Virus record (IMG/VR): IMGVR_UViG_3300031088_000821 | Length of the DNA stretch: 64,000 nt | Direction: 5' to 3' (one strand) | Source of the DNA: an uncultured virus (IMG/VR IMGVR_UViG_3300031088_000821) | Lineage: Duplodnaviria > Heunggongvirae > Uroviricota > Caudoviricetes | Shown here: positions 37,139 to 47,272 of the stretch, piece after piece | Layout: each line of letters starts with the position of its first letter | Numbering within the stretch: the stretch's first letter is position 1 | Translations under genes and position numbers: made by a program | Notes under the pieces: generated by a model | What the model saw: only the letters and a program-made list of their open reading frames with translations | The model's database searches: none | Told to the model about the DNA's origin: nothing

Positions 37139-38845
37139 ATGGATCCGGCTCTCCAAGAAATAGCCACTGTGCTGGCCCTTTCGGGAGCCAGCCAGGAGCG
37201 CATCGAAGCCACTTTGAAGGCCGCGGTTGGCCCCGAAGCCCAAAGGAAACTCACCCGTGAGGAGTCCGACATCTTCGCTGGCGCCGTGGCGCGAGCGGTC
37301 GCCATGATGCCATCATTCAGGGACGCCATTGCCCTCATGCGCCCCTTCAAGGATCACACCTCTTCTACGCTCTATACGGATAAGTTCAGCCGCGTTGGCA
37401 TAGGAGAGCTTTTCTTCCTGGATTCCGTGGATGTCTTCAGGCGAGCGACGCTTCTTCTCCACGAAGCTCTCCATGTGCTCAACAACCACTTCACCCGAGC
37501 AGCGGATTTTCCAATGGATCCCGAAAGCGAAAACATCGCCAAGGATCTGGAGATCAACTCCATGCTAGATAGGCATCCTCGGACGGACCTTTCAATGCTC
37601 TGCTTGCCCTCCAATGAGAACTTCCGCTTCCCCGAGTCGAAGAGCTTTGAGCAATATGCGGGCATGCTGAAGCAGAAGGGCATGGTTAAGAACCCCGATG
37701 AGATACCTGGTGGAGGCCAAAATTCCCCCGAAGCCGGGGACCAGGGGAGCCAGCAAAGCCCCCAGGGATTGGATGGAGGCGAAAGCGATGGTTCTGAGCC
37801 GGGAAATGCCAACAGCACAAACTCGGCCGGCGAGCCTAGCCAGAGCCAGGAGTCCAAGGGAAGCTCCAATGGAGACTCTTCAGATGATGGTGAACCAACT
37901 GATGGCTCATCAGATGGAGTGGCGAAAGGCGAAGAGTCCGATTCGAAGTCTGAATCATCCAATGAGGGCGCTAGCGGCATAGCTGAAATTGCAAAGCAAA
38001 GCGCTGAAAATCCTTCGGAATCCAAGCAAACTATTTCTGGCTCCTGCGATCACAGCACCAGTGAGCGGGAGAAAAAAGCCGATGAAATGGGCATAGAGAG
38101 GGCGTCTTCAACGGAGCAATCGGTTGCCCGCAACAATACTGTGGCGCGGATCCGCGAAGAGGCGGAAAAATCTAAGCAGAGGGGAGACCGCGCAGCCTTG
38201 CAGATGCTCCAGCTCATGGAGCTCGCCATGGGTCCCTCGAAGGTGGACTGGAGAACGGTTTTTAGAAGCATTTTGAGCCAATCGAAGGACTCCATTGTGC
38301 TGGGTAGGTCCGATTACACCTACAGAAGGATCAATCGGAGAATGTCTCAGGGTTCCTTCATCTTTCCAGGAATGGTCAAATATGAGCCCTCGGCCATTTT
38401 GGGTATCGATACTTCGGGTTCCATGACTCGCAAGGACTACGAGCCCGTGCTCGCTGAGCTCGAAGCCATCGTCCGCACCACTCTGAGATCTAAAGACAAG
38501 TTTCGAGCTTTCTGCGTGGACGCCGCGGCAACAGAACCTAAGGTGGTTCGTTCTGTAAAGGAGTTAGATCTCCGCGGAGGGGGCGGCACAGCTATGGAAG
38601 TTTCCATCAAGTCCGTAGAGCTCATACCTCTTCGAAACCAACCAGATATCTTCATCCTGGCTACAGATGGTGGCACTTCCTGGCCCGCCTTTAAGCGGGA
38701 GCTTTTGCGCCGCAAGGGCAAGTACAAAGTTCTGGTGCTCATCACCGATACAGACGCCTTTGAGGTGGCCAAGAAGACCCTCGAGGGCCTAGCGGATGTC
38801 ATTGACGTTTCGGAGTCCAAGCCCAAGAACTACCCCAATTTTTAG
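37139..38845 (+). CDS. Metallopeptidase-like plus VWA domain protein (DUF2201-type)
   Basis: HEALH…DLEIN; low-complexity linker; MIDAS DTSGS, GGGGT and ATDG. Confidence 0.8.
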   Translation: MDPALQEIATVLALSGASQERIEATLKAAVGPEAQRKLTREESDIFAGAVARAVAMMPSFRDAIALMRPFKDHTSSTLYTDKFSRVGIGELFFLDSVDVFRRATLLLHEALHVLNNHFTRAADFPMDPESENIAKDLEINSMLDRHPRTDLSMLCLPSNENFRFPESKSFEQYAGMLKQKGMVKNPDEIPGGGQNSPEAGDQGSQQSPQGLDGGESDGSEPGNANSTNSAGEPSQSQESKGSSNGDSSDDGEPTDGSSDGVAKGEESDSKSESSNEGASGIAEIAKQSAENPSESKQTISGSCDHSTSEREKKADEMGIERASSTEQSVARNNTVARIREEAEKSKQRGDRAALQMLQLMELAMGPSKVDWRTVFRSILSQSKDSIVLGRSDYTYRRINRRMSQGSFIFPGMVKYEPSAILGIDTSGSMTRKDYEPVLAELEAIVRTTLRSKDKFRAFCVDAAATEPKVVRSVKELDLRGGGGTAMEVSIKSVELIPLRNQPDIFILATDGGTSWPAFKRELLRRKGKYKVLVLITDTDAFEVAKKTLEGLADVIDVSESKPKNYPNF

Positions 38846-38945
38846 ATCAGAAATAGCCAAACCTTTCTTCTCCACCGTTGGTGCAGGGAGGATATCTTCG
38901 TTAGGATGATCCCATCGGATCTTTGAAAGAGAGCAGTGTAAAACT

Positions 38946-40076
38946 ATGGCAAAAGCATCATCTGCAGACGCAAAGAGCAAGGCCATCGATGATGTCCTCA
39001 AGCTCATCAATAAGGAAATCAAGTCGGAGATCAGCGATGAGGTGATTTCCAAGTTCGGAGACAAGCCTCGAAACGTGCCCACAATCCCCACGGGTTCGCT
39101 GGTGTTGGACTCCATTCTCGGTGGAGGCTTTGCCGAGGGCCGCGTAATCGAGCTATTCGGCCCCGAAGCGTCGGGTAAGACTTCCTTCGCCCTTACGGCA
39201 ATCGGAAACGTGCAGAAAAAGGGAGGTGTAGCCGCCTTCCTGGACGTGGAGCACGCACTGGATCCCTACTACGCCGAAACCCTTGGCGTGGATATGGATA
39301 ATCTTCTTGTCTCGCAGCCAGAGTACGCCGAGCAGGCCCTCAACCTCATGCTGAGGCTCATCAACTCGGATGTGGTGGATGTGATTGTTCTCGACTCCAT
39401 CGCAGCGCTCATTCCCAAGGCTGAATATGAAGGCAACTTCGAAGACCAGTCCATTGGTCTTCTTGCCCGGGTGCTTTCCAAGGCGCTTCGCCGCATTGCA
39501 GCAGATGCCGCCAAGAAGGGTGTCACTTGCATCTTCATCAACCAGGTTCGTGCGGCTATTGGTGGATTTTCGCCAATGGGAACTCCCGAGACCACTACCG
39601 GTGGTAACGCTATGAAGTTCACCGCTTCCCAGAGGGTTCGTATTGCTGGCTCCAAGCAGATCATGGAGGGCAAGGAAGCCATCGGTAAGAACACCACTCT
39701 CATCGTGAAGAAGAACAAGATTGCTCCTCCAGGGCTTCGCGGTGAAACTGTCCTCACCTTTGCCGAGGGCATCAACCAGGCAGCTGAGCTCATCGAGGTT
39801 GGACCGAAGTTCGGGGTCATCGATAAGCCCAACAATGTTTCCTACATCGAGAGGGAAACTGGGGAGAAGATCGCATCCGGAAAGGCCAATGCCATCGCTC
39901 GGCTCAAGGAAGACAAGGAGATGTTTGACAGACTTTCCAAAGCTTTTAAGGAAGCCGTGACTGAATCTGTCATGAAGCGCCGCGGCGGTGGCGCCCACGA
40001 CCCCAAGTCGGATCAGAACCCTGAGATTCCAGCTGTGGATGAGGCAGCTGACGAAATCGACGAGCTCGAAGACTGA
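38946..40076 (+). CDS. recA: RecA recombinase (divergent)
   Basis: IPTGSLVLD, GPEASGKT, DVEHALD, VLDSIAAL, FINQVR, GGNAMKF, KNKIAPP. Confidence 0.95.
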   Translation: MAKASSADAKSKAIDDVLKLINKEIKSEISDEVISKFGDKPRNVPTIPTGSLVLDSILGGGFAEGRVIELFGPEASGKTSFALTAIGNVQKKGGVAAFLDVEHALDPYYAETLGVDMDNLLVSQPEYAEQALNLMLRLINSDVVDVIVLDSIAALIPKAEYEGNFEDQSIGLLARVLSKALRRIAADAAKKGVTCIFINQVRAAIGGFSPMGTPETTTGGNAMKFTASQRVRIAGSKQIMEGKEAIGKNTTLIVKKNKIAPPGLRGETVLTFAEGINQAAELIEVGPKFGVIDKPNNVSYIERETGEKIASGKANAIARLKEDKEMFDRLSKAFKEAVTESVMKRRGGGAHDPKSDQNPEIPAVDEAADEIDELED

Positions 40077-40079
40077 TAG

Positions 40080-40111
40080 GAACTGCGGGGCTCGAAAAAG
40101 CCCCGCAGTTC
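40080..40111 (+). terminator. Hairpin after recA, likely terminator
   Basis: GAACTGCGGGGCT…AGCCCCGCAGTTC. Confidence 0.65.
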
Positions 40112-40139
40112 TCCTAGGCGCCTGAGGATAGGGGATCCT

Positions 40140-40811
40140 TTGCTGAAGCTATTGGCAATCCTCACCATGGTCATTGACCACTTGGGAGCAGTTTTCTTCC
40201 CAGATCAAATCTGGATGAGAGCCATCGGCAGGCTCACCATGCCGATCTTTGGCTATGCTATAGCTCGGGGCTTTTTCCACACGAAGAATGTGGATAAGTA
40301 CATTTTGAGAATGGCCTTGTTGGCGGTGTGTTCTCAGCTGCCTTTCACGCTTCTCTTTGGCCAGGGGCGGGATGTGGCTATAGGATCATGGGAGTTTTGG
40401 CAACCCACCCTTAACATGGTGGTGCCCTGGACCCTGGCGCTTTTGCTTCTCAAGTGGTCTCCCCTCTTCATAGCGCCAGTAGTGGGATTGCTCTACTTCC
40501 TGGTGCCTATGGATTACAGCTCCTTGGTGATTCTACTTCCCATGGTGATCTACTGGTTCTGGTTCAGAAGAAAAGATCCCTGGTTGGCGCTGATTGGCAC
40601 CAGCGGAGTTCTTGGGCTAATAGCACTAAGCTTCCAACCGATTCAATGGTTCTCCCTACTAGCCATTCCTCTGATCTATCTGCTAGAGCCCTATGATGGC
40701 AAGCTGAAGATCAAGCGCTGGTTTTTCTACTGGTTCTATCCAGTCCACATTGCGCTTTTCTTTGGCGTAGCTCTGTTCTTGGGTTACCCAACTCTACTAA
40801 CACCCGCCTAG
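40140..40811 (+). CDS. traX: TraX-family membrane protein (pilin acetylase-like)
   Basis: LKLLAILTMVIDH, IGRLTMPIF, GFFHT, DYS, FFYWFYPVH. Confidence 0.85.
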   Translation: MLKLLAILTMVIDHLGAVFFPDQIWMRAIGRLTMPIFGYAIARGFFHTKNVDKYILRMALLAVCSQLPFTLLFGQGRDVAIGSWEFWQPTLNMVVPWTLALLLLKWSPLFIAPVVGLLYFLVPMDYSSLVILLPMVIYWFWFRRKDPWLALIGTSGVLGLIALSFQPIQWFSLLAIPLIYLLEPYDGKLKIKRWFFYWFYPVHIALFFGVALFLGYPTLLTPA

Positions 40812-40858
40812 GTAATCTTCGCTAGGATGGCTATCCAACTCTAATCCGGAGGAATCCT

Positions 40859-42010
40859 TTGAGCATCACCATTGCGGAACAGACCTTGCTGGCGTCCATG
40901 AAGGCGCGAATGCCGGTGGTTCTTGTTGGTCCTCCGGGTGTGGGTAAGAGCGCTAAGCTCTACGAGCTGGGTGAGAGGATGGGCTATGAAGTCATCACGA
41001 TCATCGGCTCACAGCTGGATCCCACCGACATTGTGGGGCTGCCCAAAGCCGAAACCGTGGGGGAATCCGAGGACGGGGAACCCATCCACGGCACAGTTTA
41101 TCTTTCCCCCTGGTGGCAGGTGAGGATACTTCTCAAGAAAAAAGTAATCCTCTTCCTCGATGAGATGTCCAACACCTCTGCGGCGGTTCGCGCTTCCATG
41201 CTTGCCATGCTCCAGTCCCGAGAGTTTCCCAATGGTCAAAAAATGCCCCGAGAGACGATCATTGTGGGCGCCATGAATCCCGCCGAGCAGGCCGCCGACG
41301 GCTATGATCTCGATTACCCCACCACCAACAGAATCAACTTCATCGTTTGGTCGCCCTCCATTGAGGAATGGAAAGAGGGCATGCTCAATGCTTGGGGTAA
41401 GACAGTTTCTCCCGAGGAGCTCGTATGGCGCCAGAAAATCGTGGACTTCATTTCGGATAATCCATCGGAGCTCCAGAAGCTGCCATCAACTGTGAGCAGC
41501 CCCGAGGCCTTTGGAGTAAACCCCAGAGACGCCTCAGAGATGGAAGTACTGAGATACGCCTGGCCTTCCCGCAGGTCATGGGACAATCTTTCGAGGACAT
41601 TGCCTTTCGCCAATGACACCTTCGTTCAGGATGCGCTAGCTCAGGGTATTGTGGGCTATGCGGCCGCCGCGAAGTTCCGGGATTGGCTCCAGCGGAACTC
41701 TCAGATGTCTCCGCAAGAGCTCATGGCAAACCCCAAGGCCTTCGACTGGTCAAAGGCCAGCCAGGATGAGGCCAACTTCCTTCTGCGCTCCGTGCTGGAC
41801 TCCATCAATGACTCGAAGAGCTCCAAGCAGGCCCTGATGGTGTTTATAGAAATAGCCCGCCAGGGGAACCAAGGCGTTGGAGCGGGATTCATCAGGGAAC
41901 TTATGGCTAAAACGACGGAAAGTAGCCTCGGTAGCGATACTGTGGAACGTAACAGGAAGGGATTGCGCCAGATCACTCAGGCTTTCTCTTCGGTTGCTAG
42001 GAATATGTGA
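40859..42010 (+). CDS. MoxR/dynein-like AAA+ ATPase
   Basis: GPPGVGKS, DIVGLP, ILFLDE, GAMNP, PSRRSW. Confidence 0.85.
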   Translation: MSITIAEQTLLASMKARMPVVLVGPPGVGKSAKLYELGERMGYEVITIIGSQLDPTDIVGLPKAETVGESEDGEPIHGTVYLSPWWQVRILLKKKVILFLDEMSNTSAAVRASMLAMLQSREFPNGQKMPRETIIVGAMNPAEQAADGYDLDYPTTNRINFIVWSPSIEEWKEGMLNAWGKTVSPEELVWRQKIVDFISDNPSELQKLPSTVSSPEAFGVNPRDASEMEVLRYAWPSRRSWDNLSRTLPFANDTFVQDALAQGIVGYAAAAKFRDWLQRNSQMSPQELMANPKAFDWSKASQDEANFLLRSVLDSINDSKSSKQALMVFIEIARQGNQGVGAGFIRELMAKTTESSLGSDTVERNRKGLRQITQAFSSVARNM

Positions 42011-42024
42011 GACAAGGACAGAAT

Positions 42025-43527
42025 ATGGCAGGGGATAGAGAACCCACCACCAAGAAAAAGGACTCGAAGAATCCTGCAAAGGATCTCTACAATAGAGCCC
42101 AGGAGAGCCTCGTGGCTTGTCTTCTCGCCTCGAAGCAGGATGTTTCGGAGGTCTTTGAGATCGTTGGTCCCGACGACTTCGAGGAGCCTAAGTTCGAGCT
42201 CATCTACTCGGCGGCTATGGAGCTTTCCCGCCAGTCGGAAACCATCGATGCCTACACTGTTGGCAAGGTGCTCGAAAGCCGCGGTGAGCTCGCAACTGTG
42301 GATGGTCTTAGGGGGCTCCAACAGCTCATCCTCGAGGGCCACGAGCTGGGACTCGAAGCCCCCATCAAGATGTATGCTAAAATCCTCAAAGAATATGCCT
42401 CCAAGGAGAGAGTGCGTAAGCTCATCGAGGAATATGAGGAAGTCTTTCAAGGAGATTCCGGCCAGAGCGCTGCCGATGGGCTCTCAGAACTTCAGGCACG
42501 GCTCAATGAGCAGCTCTACAAGATCTCCAATGACTCCAACGTGGCGGAAATCTCCGATGAGGCCAATAGCTACGAAGAGCTTCTAGAGAAGCGGAAGCAG
42601 ATCAGCGAAGAGAATGCGGAGCTCGCCGATGGTCTCCAGGGCATTCCCTCTCTGTTGCCGAGCCTCAACAGATACACCACCGGCTGGAAGCCCGGTCAGC
42701 TCATCACCATCGCAGCTAAGACGGGTGTGGGAAAGTCCGTTTTCGCCATCAATGCCGCCGTGGCGGCCATTCAGGCCAACAAGTCAGTCATGTTCTTCTC
42801 CCTGGAGATGAGCGTGGAGGAAATCAATGACAGAATATTCTCCTCCATCAGCTCTATTCCCATGAACGACCTCAAACAGGGAAATCTCGATGAGGGGCAA
42901 AGGGAGGTTCTCAAAGAGGCCATTTCCGAGCTCAAACGCTCCAAGCTAACCATCGACCCCGACCCCAAGCAGACAATAGATAGCATCCGAGCCAAGGCCC
43001 TCAAGAAAGCGCAGAGCGCCGATGGCCTGGACTTCATCATCATCGACTACCTCAACCTCATCACCCCCACGGGCCGCTTTGGCTCTCGCCAGGAAGCAGT
43101 TGCTGACATGGCTAGAAACCTCAAGCTGATCTCCAAGTCCTTTGAGGTTCCCGTGATGGTGCTGACTCAGATGAACAGGGCCGAAACCGACAACGAAGAC
43201 GGCATCCCCACCATCGACAACATTCGAGAATCTGCAGCCACCGGTCAGGACTCCGACGTGGTCATCATTCTCCACAGGAAAAAGGCCATGGATGAGGACA
43301 TTCCTCCCACCTATGTGGTGCTCGCCAAGCAGAGAAATGGTGAAGCGGATAAGATCATCAAGTGCCACTCTCATCTCGAATGTTCGGTCTTTCGAGAAAT
43401 GATTGTGAAAAAGGATCTTGACGCCTATTCGGATGAGGAAATGGACTCCTTTGACGAGGAGCTAGAAAGCCAGATCGGTGATATGGACGATGAGTTGGGT
43501 GAGGAGGACTGGGATGAGTTCGACTAA
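42025..43527 (+). CDS. dnaB: Replicative DNA helicase DnaB
   Basis: AAKTGVGKS, FFSLEM, IIIDYL, LTQMNR, RESAATGQDSD, KQRNG. Confidence 0.92.
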   Translation: MAGDREPTTKKKDSKNPAKDLYNRAQESLVACLLASKQDVSEVFEIVGPDDFEEPKFELIYSAAMELSRQSETIDAYTVGKVLESRGELATVDGLRGLQQLILEGHELGLEAPIKMYAKILKEYASKERVRKLIEEYEEVFQGDSGQSAADGLSELQARLNEQLYKISNDSNVAEISDEANSYEELLEKRKQISEENAELADGLQGIPSLLPSLNRYTTGWKPGQLITIAAKTGVGKSVFAINAAVAAIQANKSVMFFSLEMSVEEINDRIFSSISSIPMNDLKQGNLDEGQREVLKEAISELKRSKLTIDPDPKQTIDSIRAKALKKAQSADGLDFIIIDYLNLITPTGRFGSRQEAVADMARNLKLISKSFEVPVMVLTQMNRAETDNEDGIPTIDNIRESAATGQDSDVVIILHRKKAMDEDIPPTYVVLAKQRNGEADKIIKCHSHLECSVFREMIVKKDLDAYSDEEMDSFDEELESQIGDMDDELGEEDWDEFD

Positions 43528-43948
43528 GAAAAGATCCAGTGCATATGGGAGCACCGCCAAGGATCCCCGCTTCAATCCCTCCAAGATAAGCCCCCTGGTC
43601 TTCGACAACTTCGAAGCACCCATCGCCATTCGGGCAGAGGATAAGGCCGCAAACTTCTGGGCCCGCTACAACGAGCTAGAAGACCCCTTCGTGAGGTTTA
43701 AGAGGTTCTGGGATAGAACAACCATCGACTTTGAGATCCACATTCGCCATGTGAAAACAACTTATGTCAAAATGGTGCTGGAAAAGAAATGGACTGAAGC
43801 AAAGTTCGTAGCTATCACGAATGAGATCTTTGACAGGGGACTCAATCCCAACTCTTTCAGCTACGATCAGATGGCTAAGCTCTATGAGGCCGGCGAGATC
43901 GGCGGCCAAAGGCGGAGGAGAAGCCAGGAGAGGAGACGCAGGCGATGA
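43514..43948 (+). CDS. Hypothetical protein between dnaB and the loader gene
   Basis: GAGGAGG RBS before ATG 43514; overlaps both neighbours. Confidence 0.65.
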   Translation: MSSTKKRSSAYGSTAKDPRFNPSKISPLVFDNFEAPIAIRAEDKAANFWARYNELEDPFVRFKRFWDRTTIDFEIHIRHVKTTYVKMVLEKKWTEAKFVAITNEIFDRGLNPNSFSYDQMAKLYEAGEIGGQRRRRSQERRRRR

Positions 43949-44691
43949 CCAAGGCTGACGGCGAACTAAGAAACCTCATGGATGGCGTCAAGGTAAGCGA
44001 CCTTGACCTCATCAGCCACAATCCCACGGACTACGAAGCCTTCAGGGATTTCAATGCAGCTATGGAAGCCCGCTATGAGGCTACCCAAAAGTCCAAGAGG
44101 GAGTCGGTGAAGGCCAAGAACTTCAGCCGCTGGCTAGAATCCATTCCACCCCGCTGGCGGAAAGCTGCTTTCAAGCGCTTTCGTGGAGATGCCTCCGCCA
44201 AGAAAAGAGCTGTAGAACTATACAGAAACAACCAGCGAGCCTACTACATTGCCGGACCCCACACTTCCGGTAAAACCTATCTAGCCTACGCCATACTCAC
44301 CAATCTCGTGGGCCAGGATAAGCTAAAACCCAGCGAGATTAAGGTCATCACGGAGAGCGACCTGCTTTCTTTGGCTTCGGGTGGCTGGGAAACCCGATCG
44401 TCCTACGAAGCGATTTTTGATCGCAAGTACAAAGCCTATTTCTTCGACAGCCTGGGATCCAAGGAGCGCTATGATGATCGCAGAGATCAGCCGGCGATCT
44501 CTAAGATCATAGAGGAAGCCTATAATAGATCCGCCTACTTCATCGCCACCAGCCACATGGATCTCGACTACTACTGCGAAGGAATACCCGAATCGGCGGC
44601 TGCGAAGCTCAAGCACATGGTGAAGGATGGTGTAGTGCTGACTGGCAAGGCCGATGACGGCTCAGATGAGCACAACAGCAAATGGGACTAG
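43945..44691 (+). CDS. DnaC/IstB-like helicase loader ATPase
   Basis: IPPRW, GPHTSGKTYLAYAI, YFFDSLG, IATSH; next to dnaB. Confidence 0.7.
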   Translation: MTKADGELRNLMDGVKVSDLDLISHNPTDYEAFRDFNAAMEARYEATQKSKRESVKAKNFSRWLESIPPRWRKAAFKRFRGDASAKKRAVELYRNNQRAYYIAGPHTSGKTYLAYAILTNLVGQDKLKPSEIKVITESDLLSLASGGWETRSSYEAIFDRKYKAYFFDSLGSKERYDDRRDQPAISKIIEEAYNRSAYFIATSHMDLDYYCEGIPESAAAKLKHMVKDGVVLTGKADDGSDEHNSKWD

Positions 44692-44751
44692 AGGTTGATT
44701 CTTCGTTAGGATTATGCTCCAGGCACTCAAACTACAATAGACAGGAAACCG

Positions 44752-47094
44752 ATGGCTAAAGAAGAAGTAGAACTCGTGGATTTTGAGGAGTTCTTCGATG
44801 GCGCTTTCGGTAAGGGTGTAGTAGAGATCCACGACTACAAGGGGAAGAGGAGTTTCTTCGGAGCCGTTGGGGCCCTGGCCGCGATGGTGGTGCTTTCGGT
44901 TATCGCTGGCGCTCTCGTGGCGGTTCCTGGCCTTGTCTACGCTTCCGCCGCTGCGCAGCTCGCTGTCCCCGTGGCGGAGTTTTGGAAAAGCCTGCCCGAG
45001 GATCTCCCCGAAGTGTCCATTGGGGAACGCAATCGGCTATTAGACAAAAACGGCAACGTCTTCGCTGAGCTTTGGACAGAAGACAGGATCACCCTCGATT
45101 CCATCGATGACATCTCTCCCCACGCCATAGAGGCGCTCATCGACACAGAAGACAAGCGCTTCTATGAGCATGGTGGCTTTGATCCCATTGGTACTGTGCG
45201 CGCCGCCCTCTCATCGGGCGGTGGCTCGGGCATCACCCAGCAGCTGGTGAAAAACCTGCAGTTCTACGACATGGCCGGTCGAGACAAGCAGGATGAGGCC
45301 ACGGAAGAGAGCTACAATAGGAAAATTCGTGAGCTCAAATACGCCATGAGCTATGAAGAGTCACACTCCAAAAATGAGATTCTTCTCACATATTTCAACA
45401 CCGTTGCTTTCGGCAAGCCCACGATCTACTCCATTGAGGCAGCTGCTAACTATTTCTTCGACAAGTCCGCCAAGGATCTCGATCTCGCCGAGTCTGCGGC
45501 GCTCGTGGGCTCGGTAAAGAATCCTTCGATTTACAATCTCGATTCCACCGATGAGGAGACAATCAAGATCTGGAAGGATCGACAGGCTACGGTTCTTGCT
45601 CGAATGGTTGACGAAGGCAGCATTAGCCAAGAGGAGGCCGATGAAGCTTCCGCCCAAGAGCTCACCATCGTGCGCAAAGCTGAGTCCGCGGGAAATTGCT
45701 CCTCCTCTAAGTACCCCTTTTATTGCAACTATGTAGTTGAGTATCTCATGGACTCTCCTAAGTTCGGAGAAACCGAGGAAGAGCGGGCCGCCATTCTAGC
45801 CAAGGGCGGACTCACCATCAATACCTACCTGGATCCCGTGGCTCTGGAGACCATGGAGAACCAGCTTCGCAACGACCTGGGTACGGAGAACAGGCTCATT
45901 GCTCCTTCGGCGATTGTAGAGCCGGGCACTGGCGGCGTAGTCGCCATAGCCTCTAACAGGCTTTACGGCGAAGGACCTGGTAAAACCACCATCATTCTTC
46001 CCAACGTGGACGCAGCCACTGGCTCCACCTATAAGATGATTGATCTTGCAGCAGCATTGGAAGTGCTACCCGAAAGGGATCTAACTTTTAGTAGTGGCTG
46101 CCCCTACGTGCCACCCGCGGGTTTCGATGCTCCTCAGGGCGGCTTCAACAACTCCAATGGCTGCGGCTATCAGTCTGGAGTGCTCAACTATAAGCAGGCA
46201 ACCGCTTGGTCCTCCAACACCTGGTTCCTTACCCTCGCAGTAAAGGCTGGCATGGACAACGTGTTGGCAATGTCCGAAAAGATGAATCTGCGGACAGATG
46301 GACTCAATGAGAGCTCTTTGGCAATGGCCATTGGCTCAAAAGAGAACTCACCTATCCGAATGGCGGCGGCCTATGCTACCTTTGCCAACGAGGGAGTTTT
46401 TTGCCCCGCTACTCCGGTCGCTTCCTATGCCTACGATGATGGCTCTTCTCCCGTGATGCCTGAGACCTACGACCCCACAGCGGACTCTTGTAGAAGCGTC
46501 ATGTCTCCCTATGCTGCCTCCAGGGTGCTTCAGGCGATGCGAGCTAACACCTATCCGGGTGAGGTGGACGGAGCTTTTGGAACTAAAGGCTATATCTCCG
46601 GCTATGATGCCGTGGGTAAGTCGGGAACCAATGAGCATCTCAACAGCGTCTGGGCTCAGGTTTCCAAGAACTACTCCATTTTCGCCAATGTCTACGACAT
46701 GGATAGCCCCAACAACGGCTTTGCTGGCTACATTCGCGGCGTCTATAACATGCAATCTCCCGCAACCACCATTGGCTCGGATCTTCTCAGGAATGTGGTT
46801 AGCGCCACTAACCCCCAGAGATCGTCGCTCAACTTTGACAGCAATGATCGGGATTACGTCGAAGTTCCAGTGGATAGAAGAGAGTTCTTCACCGTACCCT
46901 CCTTCGCGGGTCTTCAGCCCGAACAGGCTCTAGCGGTGGCTAGCTCCCTGGGGATCACCGTCCACGTGGACAAGGAAACGGTAGCCACTCCCGAGCACTA
47001 TAGCTCAGGCGTTGTGGTGGAACAGAGCATAGAGGCGGGAACTCAGCTGCCTAAGGGATCCAAGAAGGAACTCATTTTGAAGCTGGGTGAGTAG
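44752..47094 (+). CDS. Class A penicillin-binding protein (transglycosylase, transpeptidase, PASTA)
   Basis: EDKRFYEHGG, GSGITQQLVKN, RKIRE; SxxK STYK, SxN SSN, KSG; C-terminal PASTA. Confidence 0.92.
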   Translation: MAKEEVELVDFEEFFDGAFGKGVVEIHDYKGKRSFFGAVGALAAMVVLSVIAGALVAVPGLVYASAAAQLAVPVAEFWKSLPEDLPEVSIGERNRLLDKNGNVFAELWTEDRITLDSIDDISPHAIEALIDTEDKRFYEHGGFDPIGTVRAALSSGGGSGITQQLVKNLQFYDMAGRDKQDEATEESYNRKIRELKYAMSYEESHSKNEILLTYFNTVAFGKPTIYSIEAAANYFFDKSAKDLDLAESAALVGSVKNPSIYNLDSTDEETIKIWKDRQATVLARMVDEGSISQEEADEASAQELTIVRKAESAGNCSSSKYPFYCNYVVEYLMDSPKFGETEEERAAILAKGGLTINTYLDPVALETMENQLRNDLGTENRLIAPSAIVEPGTGGVVAIASNRLYGEGPGKTTIILPNVDAATGSTYKMIDLAAALEVLPERDLTFSSGCPYVPPAGFDAPQGGFNNSNGCGYQSGVLNYKQATAWSSNTWFLTLAVKAGMDNVLAMSEKMNLRTDGLNESSLAMAIGSKENSPIRMAAAYATFANEGVFCPATPVASYAYDDGSSPVMPETYDPTADSCRSVMSPYAASRVLQAMRANTYPGEVDGAFGTKGYISGYDAVGKSGTNEHLNSVWAQVSKNYSIFANVYDMDSPNNGFAGYIRGVYNMQSPATTIGSDLLRNVVSATNPQRSSLNFDSNDRDYVEVPVDRREFFTVPSFAGLQPEQALAVASSLGITVHVDKETVATPEHYSSGVVVEQSIEAGTQLPKGSKKELILKLGE

Positions 47095-47118
47095 CTGCCC
47101 TCTCAGCGGCCTCTAGAT

Positions 47119-47186
47119 GCGATCTGAGCGACTTTATGGCAAAGTTCGCATCATGTATTCAAAACGCTGTTAGAGTGTCTCAGATT
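47119..47186 (-). repeat. 68-nt intergenic hairpin element, copy D
   Basis: Reverse complement reads AATCTGAGAC…AGTCGCTCAGATCGC; flanks also match copy C. Confidence 0.7.
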
Positions 47187-47272
47187 CGACGCTGAGGACA
47201 GCGCTATTCGTAGTTTTTAGTTATGATGAACAAGCAAAATCCAAGGATAGAGATAAGGAACAACCCAAGGAT

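Noticed and set aside
43945..44030. LISHNP near the N-terminus of the DnaC-like ORF as the missing IntC
   Set aside because: HN is followed by Pro rather than Ser/Thr/Cys, no block F is present, and the protein has its own Walker A
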